NCBI GenBank assembly: GCA_963755025.1
Contig: CAVWIH010000019.1
Location: forward strand, 51,469-115,468
Origin: an uncultured Actinomycetes bacterium
GTDB lineage: Bacteria; Actinomycetota; Thermoleophilia; UBA2241
Reading direction: 5' to 3'
Length of the DNA stretch: 64,000 nt
The notes below the pieces were generated by a model that did not search any database, was not told the DNA's origin, and saw only the letters and a program-made list of their open reading frames with translations. The position numbers and the translations under genes were made by a program. Of this stretch, positions 29,291-40,354 are shown one piece after another (position 1 is the first letter of the stretch; every line of letters begins with the position of its first letter).

Positions 29291-29440
29291 GAGCGCCAGA
29301 CCCCTCGGCGACCAGTCCGAGAGGTGACGAGGCGGAGGTTCATCGAAGTCTTCGGCGGATGCCTCCCGGCCCGACACGGTCGTGATCGAACCGACAAACC
29401 CCACCGGTAACGGTGGCCACAAAACGGTTCGAACGTGTCG
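29291..29440 (+). ncRNA. glmS ribozyme (GlcN6P-activated self-cleaving riboswitch)
   Basis: AGCGCCAG core, P1 stem, then GACGAGG-CGGAGGTTCATCGAA...TTCGGCGGATGCCTCC. P4 hairpin CCACCG-GTAA-CGGTGG and pseudoknot pairing CGACACG(29372)/CGTGTCG(29434). Lies directly 5' of glmS. Confidence 0.93.
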
Positions 29441-29482
29441 CTCTCACCACCGCGCGCCCGTTTTGAAGCGAAGCGAGGTCCC

Positions 29483-31314
<1,832 letters not shown>

Positions 31315-31320
31315 GCGCAC

Positions 31321-31794
31321 GTGGACCTGCCGCCGGGCGTGACGGGCGTGGGCATCGACGCCGTCGAAGTCGACGCGCCTGCGGCGCCTGCTCGAGCGCC
31401 TGCCGCGGGCCTACGACCGCCTCTTCTCGGGCCAGGAGCGCGCTACGCCGACGGCTACGCCGATCCGTTCCCGCGTTACGCGGCGCGCTTTGCCGCCAAA
31501 GAGGCGGTGGGCAAGGCGCTGGGCATCGGCATCATCGGCTTCGTCTGGCGCGAGATCGAGGTGCTGTCGGGCGGCAAGCCGCGGGTGGCGCTGCACGGCC
31601 ACGTCGCGCAGATCGCTCGACGACTCGGCGTCACGAGGGTAGAACTGTCTCTGAGCCACACCGGCGGCATGGCCTACGCCATGGCCGTCGCGGTACGCGA
31701 TGCCGCCGGCCCCCGCGCGGGCGCCGGCCGCGACGAACACGATGCCGTCGGCGCCGACGCGGGCGCCGGCTTCACAGAAGGCGAGGGACGATGA
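31321..31794 (+). CDS. acpS: Holo-ACP synthase (internal frameshifts likely)
   Basis: GVGIDAVE, AARFAAKEAVGKALG, LSLSHT. Confidence 0.9.
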   Translation: MDLPPGVTGVGIDAVEVDAPAAPARAPAAGLRPPLLGPGARYADGYADPFPRYAARFAAKEAVGKALGIGIIGFVWREIEVLSGGKPRVALHGHVAQIARRLGVTRVELSLSHTGGMAYAMAVAVRDAAGPRAGAGRDEHDAVGADAGAGFTEGEGR

Positions 31795-33359
31795 TGCTCG
31801 AGTCACTGTCGGTCGGTCTGCTGACCGCCGAGAAGATGCGCGCCACCGACGCGGCGGCGATCGAGGGCGTCGGCATTCCCGGCGGCCACCTCATGGAGCG
31901 CGCCGGCGCGGCCGTGGCCCGCGAGCTCATGCTGGCCTTCGACGCCGAGAGCGTCGTGATCTATGCCGGCAAGGGCAACAACGGCGGCGACGGGTTCGTC
32001 GTGGCCCGCGAGCTCTTCAACGCCGGCGTCGAGGTCACCGTGTTCGCCGTCGCCGGGCGCGACGTCTACAAGGGCGACGCCCGCCTCAACCTCGAGATCG
32101 CCGAACAGCTGGGCGTCGAGATCGTCGACGGCGTCGAACCCGTCGGCGACGCCGACGTCGCGCTCGACGCCGTGTTCGGCACCGGCTTCGCCGGCGTGGC
32201 CGAAGGCGCCGCCGCCGAGGCCATCGCCGAGATGAACGCCGCGGCCGGCGCGGTCGTCGCCCTCGACATCGCTTCGGGCGTCGACGCCTCGACCGGCGAG
32301 GTCGCCGGTCCCGCCGTGCAGGCCGACCTCACCGTGGCGCTGCACGCGCCCAAGGTCGGCCACTTCGTCAGCCCCGGCGGGCGCCACGCCGGCCACATCG
32401 TGGTCGTGCCGATCGGCATACCGCCCTCGTGCGACGAGGAGCCCGACGTCTTCGTGCTCACGAGCCTCGCCGCCGGCCTCGTGGTGCGGCCCAAGACCGA
32501 GGCCGACCACAAGCGCTCGGTAGGCACCGTGCTGGTGGCCGGCGGCTCGCGCGGCATGAGCGGCGCGGCGGCGATGGCCTCTCTGGGCGCCCTGCGTTCG
32601 GGCGCCGGCCTGGTGCACTGCCTGCTGCCCGCCGACCTGGTGGGCGAGAAGCCGTATCTCGAAGTCATCAACGTGCCGGGCGCGAGCAAGGGTCGCCTGG
32701 GCCACGGCGACCTCGCCGCGCTGCGCGCCCAGATGGGCGGCCTCAAGGCGACCGCGCTCGGCCCCGGCATGGGGCGCGACGACGACACGGCCGCGCTGGT
32801 GCGCGAGGTCGTCGTCGCCGAGCCCGCGACGCCGCTCGTGATCGACGCCGACGGCCTGCATGCCCTGGGCGGCGACCTCGAACTGCTCACCGCCCGCATC
32901 GGCCCGACCGTGCTCACCCCGCACGAGGGCGAGCTCGCCCGCCTGCTCGGCACGACCGCCGACCAGGTCGCCGCGCACCGCCTGGGGTCGGCGCGCGAGG
33001 CCGCCCGGCGCAGCGCCGCGACGGTGCTGCTCAAGGGCGCGCGCACCATCGTCGCCGATCCCGGCGGCACGGCCTTCATCGTGCCGACCGGCAACCCCGG
33101 CCTGGCGACGCCGGGCACCGGCGACGTGCTCACCGGCATCATCGCCGGTCAGCTCGCCAAGGGCCTTACGGCCACCGAGGCGGCCTGCCTGGGCGCCTAC
33201 GTGCACGGCCTGGCCGCCGACCTCGCGGTCGAGACCTCGGTCAGCGCCGATGGCATGATCGCCAGCGACCTGTTCGACTTTCTGCCGCTGGCGGTCGAGC
33301 GCCTCGTGCGCGGCGACGACGACGAGCACGACCACGAGCACGAGCACGACCACGACTAG
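31791..33359 (+). CDS. nnr: Bifunctional NAD(P)HX epimerase/dehydratase with a His/acidic tail
   Basis: LMERAG, GKGNNGGDG, DIASG, GPGMG, IDADG, LTPHEGE, GTGDVLTG. Confidence 0.94.
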   Translation: MMLESLSVGLLTAEKMRATDAAAIEGVGIPGGHLMERAGAAVARELMLAFDAESVVIYAGKGNNGGDGFVVARELFNAGVEVTVFAVAGRDVYKGDARLNLEIAEQLGVEIVDGVEPVGDADVALDAVFGTGFAGVAEGAAAEAIAEMNAAAGAVVALDIASGVDASTGEVAGPAVQADLTVALHAPKVGHFVSPGGRHAGHIVVVPIGIPPSCDEEPDVFVLTSLAAGLVVRPKTEADHKRSVGTVLVAGGSRGMSGAAAMASLGALRSGAGLVHCLLPADLVGEKPYLEVINVPGASKGRLGHGDLAALRAQMGGLKATALGPGMGRDDDTAALVREVVVAEPATPLVIDADGLHALGGDLELLTARIGPTVLTPHEGELARLLGTTADQVAAHRLGSAREAARRSAATVLLKGARTIVADPGGTAFIVPTGNPGLATPGTGDVLTGIIAGQLAKGLTATEAACLGAYVHGLAADLAVETSVSADGMIASDLFDFLPLAVERLVRGDDDEHDHEHEHDHD

Positions 33360-33424
33360 GCGACAGATCGCGAGCCCCACGAGGGCGAGCTCATTCACAA
33401 AGACGAAAGCGGGACGGTGACCAG

Positions 33425-33988
33425 GTGACCGACGACAGCAGCGCACAGGCCGGGTACGACGCGACGGCCGACACAGAGGCGACCGGCGAGCAGGCGGCAG
33501 GCGACGAAGCGGCCAGAGCGGGCCGGGCGGCGGGCGACGACCCGCGCGTGGCCGACGTCATGGAACGCGACGTCGTGACGATCGGTCCCGAGGCGACGGT
33601 GCACGAGCTCGTGCTCCTGCTGCGCCAGAAAGACCTGGGCGGCGTGCCGGTGGTCGACGCCGAGCGGCGCCTGCTGGGCATCGTCACCGAGGGCGACCTC
33701 GTGATCGAAGACGCCGATGTGCGCGCGCCGCACTACTTCGAGCTGCTCGGCAACCTGGTCTACCTGGGCAGCCAGCGCAAGTTCGAGGAACGCCTCAAGA
33801 AGATGGTGGGCAACGCCGTGGGCGACGTCATGACGACCGACGTGTTCACGGTGGGCCCCGACGACCCGGTCGGCCGGGCCGCCAACATCATGGTCGACAA
33901 GAAGGTCAACCGCGTGCCCGTGGTCGACGACGGCCGCCTCGTCGGCATCGTCGCGCGGCACGACGTGATCCGCATGCTGGGGCTCTAA
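33425..33988 (+). CDS. CBS-pair domain protein
   Basis: VADVMERDVVTI...GVPVVD...GIVTEGDL...DVMT...RVPVVD...GIVAR. Start approximate. Confidence 0.88.
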   Translation: MTDDSSAQAGYDATADTEATGEQAAGDEAARAGRAAGDDPRVADVMERDVVTIGPEATVHELVLLLRQKDLGGVPVVDAERRLLGIVTEGDLVIEDADVRAPHYFELLGNLVYLGSQRKFEERLKKMVGNAVGDVMTTDVFTVGPDDPVGRAANIMVDKKVNRVPVVDDGRLVGIVARHDVIRMLGL

Positions 33989-33989
33989 C

Positions 33990-35204
33990 GTGCTCGACGA
34001 CCGACAGCGCGCCCTGGCCACGGTCGACCTGTCGGCCGTGCGCCACAACATCGCCCACCTCGTCTCGCTGCTGCCCGCCGGCACGGCGCTGTGCGCCGTG
34101 GTCAAGGCCAACGGCTACGGCCACGGCGCCGTGCCCGTGGCCCGGGCGGCGCTGCAGGCGGGGGCGTCGTGGCTCGGCGTCGCCACCGTGGCCGAAGCCG
34201 AAGAGCTGCGCGAGGCGGCCATCGCCGCCCCCCTGCTCATCTTCGGGCCGCTCACCGGCGCCGAGCTTACGCGCGCCGTCAAGGCGCACGTCGACGTCGC
34301 CGTGTGGTCGCAGGCGTTCCTTGCCGAGGCCCTGCGCCGCCGCGCCCACGTGCACGTCAAGTTCAACTCAGGCATGGGCAGGCTGGGCGTGCGCGAGCGC
34401 GACGCCGCCGCCCTGGCCGCCGCCGCCGGCGACCGCCTGTCGGGCCTCATGAGCCACTTCGCCACCGCCGACGAGGACGACCCTGCGTTCTTCGCCCTCC
34501 AGCTCGAGCGCTTCACGGCGCTCGCCGCCGACCTCAAGGCGAGCTATCCGAACCTCACGGCGCACACCGCCAACAGCGCCGCGACCATGCGCGAGCCGGC
34601 GAGCCATTTCGACATGGTGCGCACCGGCATCGCCATCTACGGCCTGTCGCCCTTTGGCGACGACCCCGAGCCCCGCGGCTTGCGGCCGGCGCTACGCCTG
34701 AGCTCGTATGTGGCCGCCGTCCGCGAGGTCGTTCCCGGCGAGTCGGTGGGGTACGGCCGGCGGTACGTGGCCGAGCGCCCGGCGCGCCTCGCCATCGTGC
34801 CGATCGGCTACGCCGACGGCGTCACTCGCGCGCTCACCAACCGCGGCGACGTGCTCATCGCCGGCCGGCGCTGCCGCATCACGGGCACGATCAGCATGGA
34901 CCAGCTCACCGTGCTGCTGCCCGACGACCCGGCCGCCGTGCGCCCCGGCGACGAGGTCGTGTTCATCGGCCGTTCGGGCGCCGAGCGCATCCTGGCCGAA
35001 GACGTCGCCCGGCTGCTCGACACGATCAACTACGAGGTCGCCTGCGACATCGCGCCGCGCGTCGTGCGACGCTACGTCGAGGCGCCCGTCACGTCCGAGG
35101 CCGCACACGTGACGGCCGTCTCCCGCGTGCCCGCGGCGACGCCTGCGCCGGGCGTGCGCTCCGCCACGACGCCGCCCGACGACGGCCCTCCCGACTCGGC
35201 CTGA
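33990..35204 (+). CDS. alr: Alanine racemase
   Basis: AVVKANGYGHG, SHFATAD, ANSAA, VRTGIAIYG, IGYADG, SMDQ, TINYE. Confidence 0.97.
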   Translation: MLDDRQRALATVDLSAVRHNIAHLVSLLPAGTALCAVVKANGYGHGAVPVARAALQAGASWLGVATVAEAEELREAAIAAPLLIFGPLTGAELTRAVKAHVDVAVWSQAFLAEALRRRAHVHVKFNSGMGRLGVRERDAAALAAAAGDRLSGLMSHFATADEDDPAFFALQLERFTALAADLKASYPNLTAHTANSAATMREPASHFDMVRTGIAIYGLSPFGDDPEPRGLRPALRLSSYVAAVREVVPGESVGYGRRYVAERPARLAIVPIGYADGVTRALTNRGDVLIAGRRCRITGTISMDQLTVLLPDDPAAVRPGDEVVFIGRSGAERILAEDVARLLDTINYEVACDIAPRVVRRYVEAPVTSEAAHVTAVSRVPAATPAPGVRSATTPPDDGPPDSA

Positions 35205-35218
35205 CGGCGCCGCAACGC

Positions 35219-36725
35219 ATGCTCGATACCCACGCCATCGCCGCCGCCGCCGCGCCGGCCGCCGCCGCGAGCGGCGGCGCCTGGCTCGTGGGCGGCGCCG
35301 TGCGCGACGGGCTGCTGCACCGCGAGTGCGACGACGTCGACTTGGCGGTGGCCGGCGACGCCGAGAGCTTCGCCCGCACCCTGGCCGCGGCGCTCGACGC
35401 GCCCGCCTTCTCCTACTCGGAGCGCTTCTCGGCCTGGCGGATCGTCTGCGAGGGCGGCCACGTCGACGTGACCCCGCTGCGCGGCCCCACCATCGCCGAC
35501 GACCTGCGCGGCCGCGACTTCACCGTCAATGCCATGGCACGGGCGCTGGCGCCGGGCGAAGGGGCGGGCGCCGCGGCGGCCGACGCGCCGCCAAGCGCCG
35601 CGGCGGCCGACGCGCCGCCAAGCGCCGCGGCGGCCAACGTGGCGCCGGGCGACCCGGGTGCGGCGTCGGGCGCCCTGATCGACCCCTGCGGCGGCCTCGC
35701 CGACCTGCGCGCGCGGCGCCTTGTGGCGTGCGCTCCGGGCGCCTTCGGCGACGATCCCGTGCGCGTGGTGCGCCTGGCGCGCCTGCGCCACGAGCTCGAC
35801 CTGACCGTGGCGCCAGGGGTCGAGCAGGCGGCCCGAGCGGCCGCGGGGCGCCTTGCCGCGGCGAGTCCCGAGCGTCTCGAGCACGAGCTGTCGACCCTGC
35901 TCGGTCTGCCCTGCGTGGCGCCGGCCGTTCGCAGCCTCGCCGACCTCGGCGTCCTCGAGGTCGTGCTGCCCGAGGTGGCGGCCTGTCGCGGCGTCACGCA
36001 GAACCCCTATCACCACCTCGACGTCTTCGAGCACACCCTCGAGGCGCTCTCGTTCCTTTCGCAGGTCGTGAGCGCGCTCGGCGGCGCGCGCTACCTGGCG
36101 GCGCCGGCAGAGTGCGGCCTGCCGGGCGCTCCCGCCCTGGCGCCGCTCGCCTGGGCGGTGCTGCTCCACGACGTCGGCAAGCCGCTGGCTCGCCAGGTCG
36201 ACGACCAGGGGCGGGTCATGTTCCTCTCGCACGATCGCCTGGGCGAGCAGATCGCGCGCGACATCTGCCGCCGGCTGCGCATGAGCCGGCGGTTCGAGCA
36301 GTTCCTCGCCGAGCTGGTGCGCCAGCACCTGCGGCTCGGCTTTCTGGTGCGCGAGATGCCGCTCACGCGTCGCGCGCTCGTGCGCTTTCGCCGCGACGCG
36401 CAGCCCTTCGTCTTCGAAGCCATCGTACTGTCGCTGGCCGATCGCGTGGCGACCCGCGGCGAGCGCACGCCGCCGCAGTCGCTGGCGCGCCACTTTCGCA
36501 TAGCGCGCGACGTCTTCGGCGACACGCCCTCGCCGCCGCGCCGCCTCCTGGGGGGCGAAGAGGTCATGACGCCTGCTGGGGGTGGGGCCGGGCGCCACCG
36601 TGGGCCGCGCGCTCGAGGTGCTGCAAGAGGAGATCGAGTGTGGCGACGTGGCCACGCCCGACCAGGCGCGCGCGTTCCTGCGCGGCTGGTGGGCGCACGA
36701 ACAGGAGGGTGCCCGCGATGCCTGA
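35219..36725 (+). CDS. tRNA nucleotidyltransferase (CCA-adding/poly(A) polymerase family) with an HD domain, frameshift near 36570
   Basis: LVGGAVRD, DVDLA, RDFTVNAMA, DDPVR, QNPYHHLDVFEHT, LLHDVGKP. Confidence 0.88.
35568..35639 (+). repeat. In-frame 27-nt tandem repeat, ~2.7 copies (AAAADAPPS), inside the nucleotidyltransferase
   Basis: GCGCCGCGGCGGCCGACGCGCCGCCAA repeated. Confidence 0.8.
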
Positions 36726-37623
36726 GCTGCCCGAGGTCGAGACCGTGCGCCGCCGCCTCGAGGCCTGCCTGCCGGGCCTGGTCGTCGACGAGGTGATCGT
36801 GCACGACGCCCTCGTCTCCAACCAGACCGCCGCCGACCTGCGGGCGGCGCTCGTGGGGCGTCGCGTGGTCGCCCTGCGCCGGCGTGGCAAGTACCTCATC
36901 ATCGAGCTCGAGGGCATGCTGCTCGTCGTGCACCTGCGCATGACCGGCTGCCTGCTGCTCGCCCCCGAGCCCGGGGGGCGAGCGCCGCGCTTCGTCGCGC
37001 ACCTGCGGCCCGGCGCCGAGCTGCTCTTCTACGACACGCGCCGCTTCGGCCGGGTGTGGGCGGTGCCGGCCGCCGACGAGAACGCCTTCTTTGCCGCGCT
37101 CGGCCCCGAACCGTTCAGCGACGCCTTCACGAGCACGTACCTGCGGCGAGCGCTCGAGGGCCGCACGGCGCCGCTCAAGTCGTTCCTGCTCGACCAGCGG
37201 CGCATCGCCGGGGTGGGCAACATCTACGCCGACGAGACGCTGTTCCGGGCTCGCCTGCACCCGCTGCGCACGGCCGGCACGCTCGGCCCCGGCGAGATCC
37301 AGCGTCTGCACGACGCCCTGCTCGAGACCCTGCAGCTCGGCATCGACCGCGCCGGCGCTTCGATCGACACCTTCGTCGACCCCAACGGCGCGAGCGGCGA
37401 CTTTCAGGCCATGCTCAATGTCTACGGTCGCACGGGCGAGCCGTGCCGGGTGTGCGGCACGCCGATCGAACGGGTCGAGCTCGGCGGGCGTGGCACGCAT
37501 TTCTGTCCCGTCTGCCAGACCCTGCCGCGCGGCAAGCGCCTCGCCGCCGGCGGCCGCGAGGCGTTGGCCCGCGAACGAGCCGCACGCTTGCGTCGCCGGG
37601 CCCGCGTGGCGCAGCGACGGTGA
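36718..37623 (+). CDS. mutM: Formamidopyrimidine-DNA glycosylase
   Basis: MPELPEVE, RRGKY, HLRMTG, RRFG, GVGNIYADE, zinc finger CRVC...CPVCQ. Confidence 0.97.
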   Translation: MPELPEVETVRRRLEACLPGLVVDEVIVHDALVSNQTAADLRAALVGRRVVALRRRGKYLIIELEGMLLVVHLRMTGCLLLAPEPGGRAPRFVAHLRPGAELLFYDTRRFGRVWAVPAADENAFFAALGPEPFSDAFTSTYLRRALEGRTAPLKSFLLDQRRIAGVGNIYADETLFRARLHPLRTAGTLGPGEIQRLHDALLETLQLGIDRAGASIDTFVDPNGASGDFQAMLNVYGRTGEPCRVCGTPIERVELGGRGTHFCPVCQTLPRGKRLAAGGREALARERAARLRRRARVAQRR

Positions 37624-38303
37624 CGACACGGCGCGAGGCAGACCCGCCGGGGGCGGCCGCGCCGCTCCGCTGCCGCTTCACGAGCCGCCGCGTCGCCGCT
37701 TGCGCGCCGCGCCGCTTGGCCTCTGCGTCGCCTGCCTCTGCGCCGCCCGCCTCCGCTTCGCGAGCCGCCGCGCCACCCGCCGACCTCAACGCCCTCTACG
37801 TCGTGGCGACTCTCGTGCCGCGACGCGAGACGATCGTGGTGGGGGCATTCGGGTCGGTCACCTTCGCGCGTGGCTGGCAGGCTTACGTGGGCAGCGCGCG
37901 CCGCGGGCGCGCCGCGCGCGTCGCGCGCCACCGCCGCGCCGACAAGCCGCTGCGCTGGCACGCCGACTACCTGTTCACACGCCACCCGGCGACGCGCGCC
38001 TGGCTGCTCGACACGCCGCTCTCCGAGTGCGAGCTGGCCGCGTTGCTGCGGGCCGGCGTCGCGGGCGCGGCGCCCGGGGCCCCGGTGGCGTCCGGCGGCC
38101 CGGCGTCCGGCGGCAGGTCGGCGCCCAGCGGAGCGACGGCGACCGACGACCCCGCGCCGCGCTTCGGCGCCTCCGACTGCGGCTGCGCCGGCCACCTGGT
38201 GGGCGCGCGCCGTCTCGGCGCGCTGCAAGCGGCGCTCGGTGCGGCAGCGGCCCACGGTGGTACGCTGCGGGCGTTGCCTGTCGAACGACGAAAGCGAGAT
38301 TAA
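37620..38303 (+). CDS. DUF123/Uri (GIY-YIG-like) nuclease family protein
   Basis: AYVGSA...RVARH...LRWHADYL...SECELA...FGASDCGCAGHL. Start uncertain. Confidence 0.82.
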   Translation: MTTRREADPPGAAAPLRCRFTSRRVAACAPRRLASASPASAPPASASRAAAPPADLNALYVVATLVPRRETIVVGAFGSVTFARGWQAYVGSARRGRAARVARHRRADKPLRWHADYLFTRHPATRAWLLDTPLSECELAALLRAGVAGAAPGAPVASGGPASGGRSAPSGATATDDPAPRFGASDCGCAGHLVGARRLGALQAALGAAAAHGGTLRALPVERRKRD

Positions 38304-38531
38304 GTGAACGCGGTCACCCTGTACGGCGTCGTGGCCGTCACGTTCATGATGCTCATGTACGCGCTCGAAAAGCGCGGCCCCGCCTTCATCGCCGCCTTCG
38401 CCCTGGGCTGCGCGCTGTCGAGCACCTACGGCTTTCTGTCGGGCGCTTGGCCGTTCGGCGTGGTCGAGGGCATCTGGACGTTCGTCGCGCTGCGCCGCTA
38501 CCTCGCCGTGCGCGCGGAGTCGTCACCCTGA
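38304..38531 (+). CDS. Small conserved membrane protein
   Basis: YGVVAVTFMMLMYALE...YGFLSGAWPFGVVE; three hydrophobic segments. Confidence 0.75.
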   Translation: MNAVTLYGVVAVTFMMLMYALEKRGPAFIAAFALGCALSSTYGFLSGAWPFGVVEGIWTFVALRRYLAVRAESSP

Positions 38532-38592
38532 CTCCACGCGAACGGCGCCCCGCGCGCCGCGGGCGCAAAGGCCTCCGCGGCGGCGCGCCGAC

Positions 38593-39906
38593 TCAGCGCG
38601 CCTTCTCCCACTTCTGCAGGTAGGCGACCTCGGCGAGCGTCTTGCCGCCATCGATCTCGCCGCGCAGGCGGTTCTCTTTTTCGAGCACGTCCATGGCGCG
38701 GTTGGCGAGCTCGACGGCCTGCGCTCGGGGCAGCACGATCACGCCGTCGTCGTCGCCCACCACCCAGTCGCCGGGCTCGACCGTCTGGCCGGCGATCGAG
38801 ACCGGCACGTTGATCTCGCCGAACCCTTTGGGCTCACCGGCGTTAGCGCTCACGAGGCTCGAGAAGGCCGGGAACCTCATGCGGGCGATCTCGGGGGTAT
38901 CGCGGATGGCGCCCCACACGACCAGGCCGGCGAGGCCCTTGACCACGGCGCTGTGCGTGGCGAGCTCGCCCCAGATGGCCGGATAGCTGTTGAAGGCATC
39001 GACCACCAGCACGTCGCCCGGGCGGCACTCGTCGATCGCTTCGACCGGCTTGGCCCAGTCGCCGGGGTAGGTGCGCACGGTGACCGCGGGGCCGCACATG
39101 TGGGCGCCGGGCAGCAGCGGCCTGATGCCGTGCAGCGACGGCTGGCGGTGCCAGGCGTCGGAGATGTTGGCCGTGGAGACCTGCTCGAGGACGCCGCGGA
39201 TGTCGGCCTCGCCGGCCCGCTTGTAGAGGGTCGTCTCGATGGCGACGCCGGTGTCGACGGCGCGGCGGATCTCGGCGGCGGCCGCGGTGGCGTCGGCCGC
39301 CTTGGTGATGGCGCCGCCCACGACGACGATGCCGGCGCCGGCCGCCACGGCCGCCGCGGCGGTCTCGGAGTTGATGCCGCCCGCCGCGCTCACGGGAATG
39401 GCCACGGCTTCGGCCACGGCGCGCAGCGTGGTGAAGGGCGCCTCGCCGCGCATCTGCTGGTCGATCGCCGTGTGGATGCCCACGTAGTCGGCGCCCCAGG
39501 CCTCGGCCTGCCGCGCCCGGGCGACCGGGTCGGCGACCTCGATCATGTCGACGATCAGCTTGCAGCCGTAGTTGTGGGCCGCCTCGATGCACTCCTTGAT
39601 GGTCGAGTCGCTGGCCGCGCCGAGCACGCCGACCAGGCCGGCGCCCGCCTTGGCGGCGTACTCGACCTCGATGCGGCCGGCGTCCATCGTCTTCAGGTCG
39701 GCGAAGACGAGCTTGTCGGGAAAGGCGGCCTTGAGCTCGCGCACGGCGCGCAGGCCCTCGGCCTTGATGAGCGGCGTGCCGGCCTCGACCCAGTCGACGC
39801 CGCCGGCGACCGCCTCGCGGGCGATCTCGATGGCGCGCGGCAGGTCGACGAAGTCGAGCGCGACCTGCACGACGACGCGCCCGCCGGTACCCGGTGCGTC
39901 GCTCAT
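38593..39906 (-). CDS. 3-hexulose-6-phosphate synthase fused to an RraA/MenG-like domain
   Basis: Hps: QVALD, EAGTPLIKAEG, ADLKTMDAG, VHTAIDQQ, AGGI, VVGGAI. RraA: STANISDA, DWAKPVEAID, AIWGELA, GAIRD, GDWVVGDDDGV. Confidence 0.9.
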   Translation of the reverse strand: MSDAPGTGGRVVVQVALDFVDLPRAIEIAREAVAGGVDWVEAGTPLIKAEGLRAVRELKAAFPDKLVFADLKTMDAGRIEVEYAAKAGAGLVGVLGAASDSTIKECIEAAHNYGCKLIVDMIEVADPVARARQAEAWGADYVGIHTAIDQQMRGEAPFTTLRAVAEAVAIPVSAAGGINSETAAAAVAAGAGIVVVGGAITKAADATAAAAEIRRAVDTGVAIETTLYKRAGEADIRGVLEQVSTANISDAWHRQPSLHGIRPLLPGAHMCGPAVTVRTYPGDWAKPVEAIDECRPGDVLVVDAFNSYPAIWGELATHSAVVKGLAGLVVWGAIRDTPEIARMRFPAFSSLVSANAGEPKGFGEINVPVSIAGQTVEPGDWVVGDDDGVIVLPRAQAVELANRAMDVLEKENRLRGEIDGGKTLAEVAYLQKWEKAR

Positions 39907-40325
39907 ACGCCCATCACCTGCACGATCAGCTCGCGCTGCCGGGGGCGCGCGTCGAAGTCGCAGAAGACGATGGTCTGGTAGCGCCCCAGCGTCGGGCGGC
40001 CCGCGACGAAGGGCACGGTGAGCGAGGGGCCGACGAGGCCGGCGCGCACGTGCGAGTGGCCGTTGCCGTCGCGCAGGTTGTCGTTGTGCGCGTAGTGGCG
40101 GCCGGGCGGCGTGAGCTGGTCGAGCGCCTCCTGCACGTCGTGCACCACGCCGGGCTCGAACTCGAGGGTGGTGACCGCGCCGGTCGCGCCCGGCACGAAG
40201 ATCGTCACGGTGCCGTCGTGCAGCCCCGAGCGGCGCACGACTTCGGCCACCTCGTCCGAGATCGCGATGATGTCGGCGTCGCCGCGGCTGGGGAACGCGA
40301 TCGTGTCGGTCACGACGCGCACCAC
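39903..40325 (-). CDS. YjbQ/UPF0047 family (secondary thiamine-phosphate synthase-like)
   Basis: FVPGATGAVTTLEFEPG, HN...DGNGHSH, LGRYQ. The start may instead be 40377 via a frameshift. Confidence 0.88.
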   Translation of the reverse strand: MVRVVTDTIAFPSRGDADIIAISDEVAEVVRRSGLHDGTVTIFVPGATGAVTTLEFEPGVVHDVQEALDQLTPPGRHYAHNDNLRDGNGHSHVRAGLVGPSLTVPFVAGRPTLGRYQTIVFCDFDARPRQRELIVQVMGV

Positions 40326-40354
40326 GCCTTCGCGTTCCGTAGCCTGTGTGCCGT

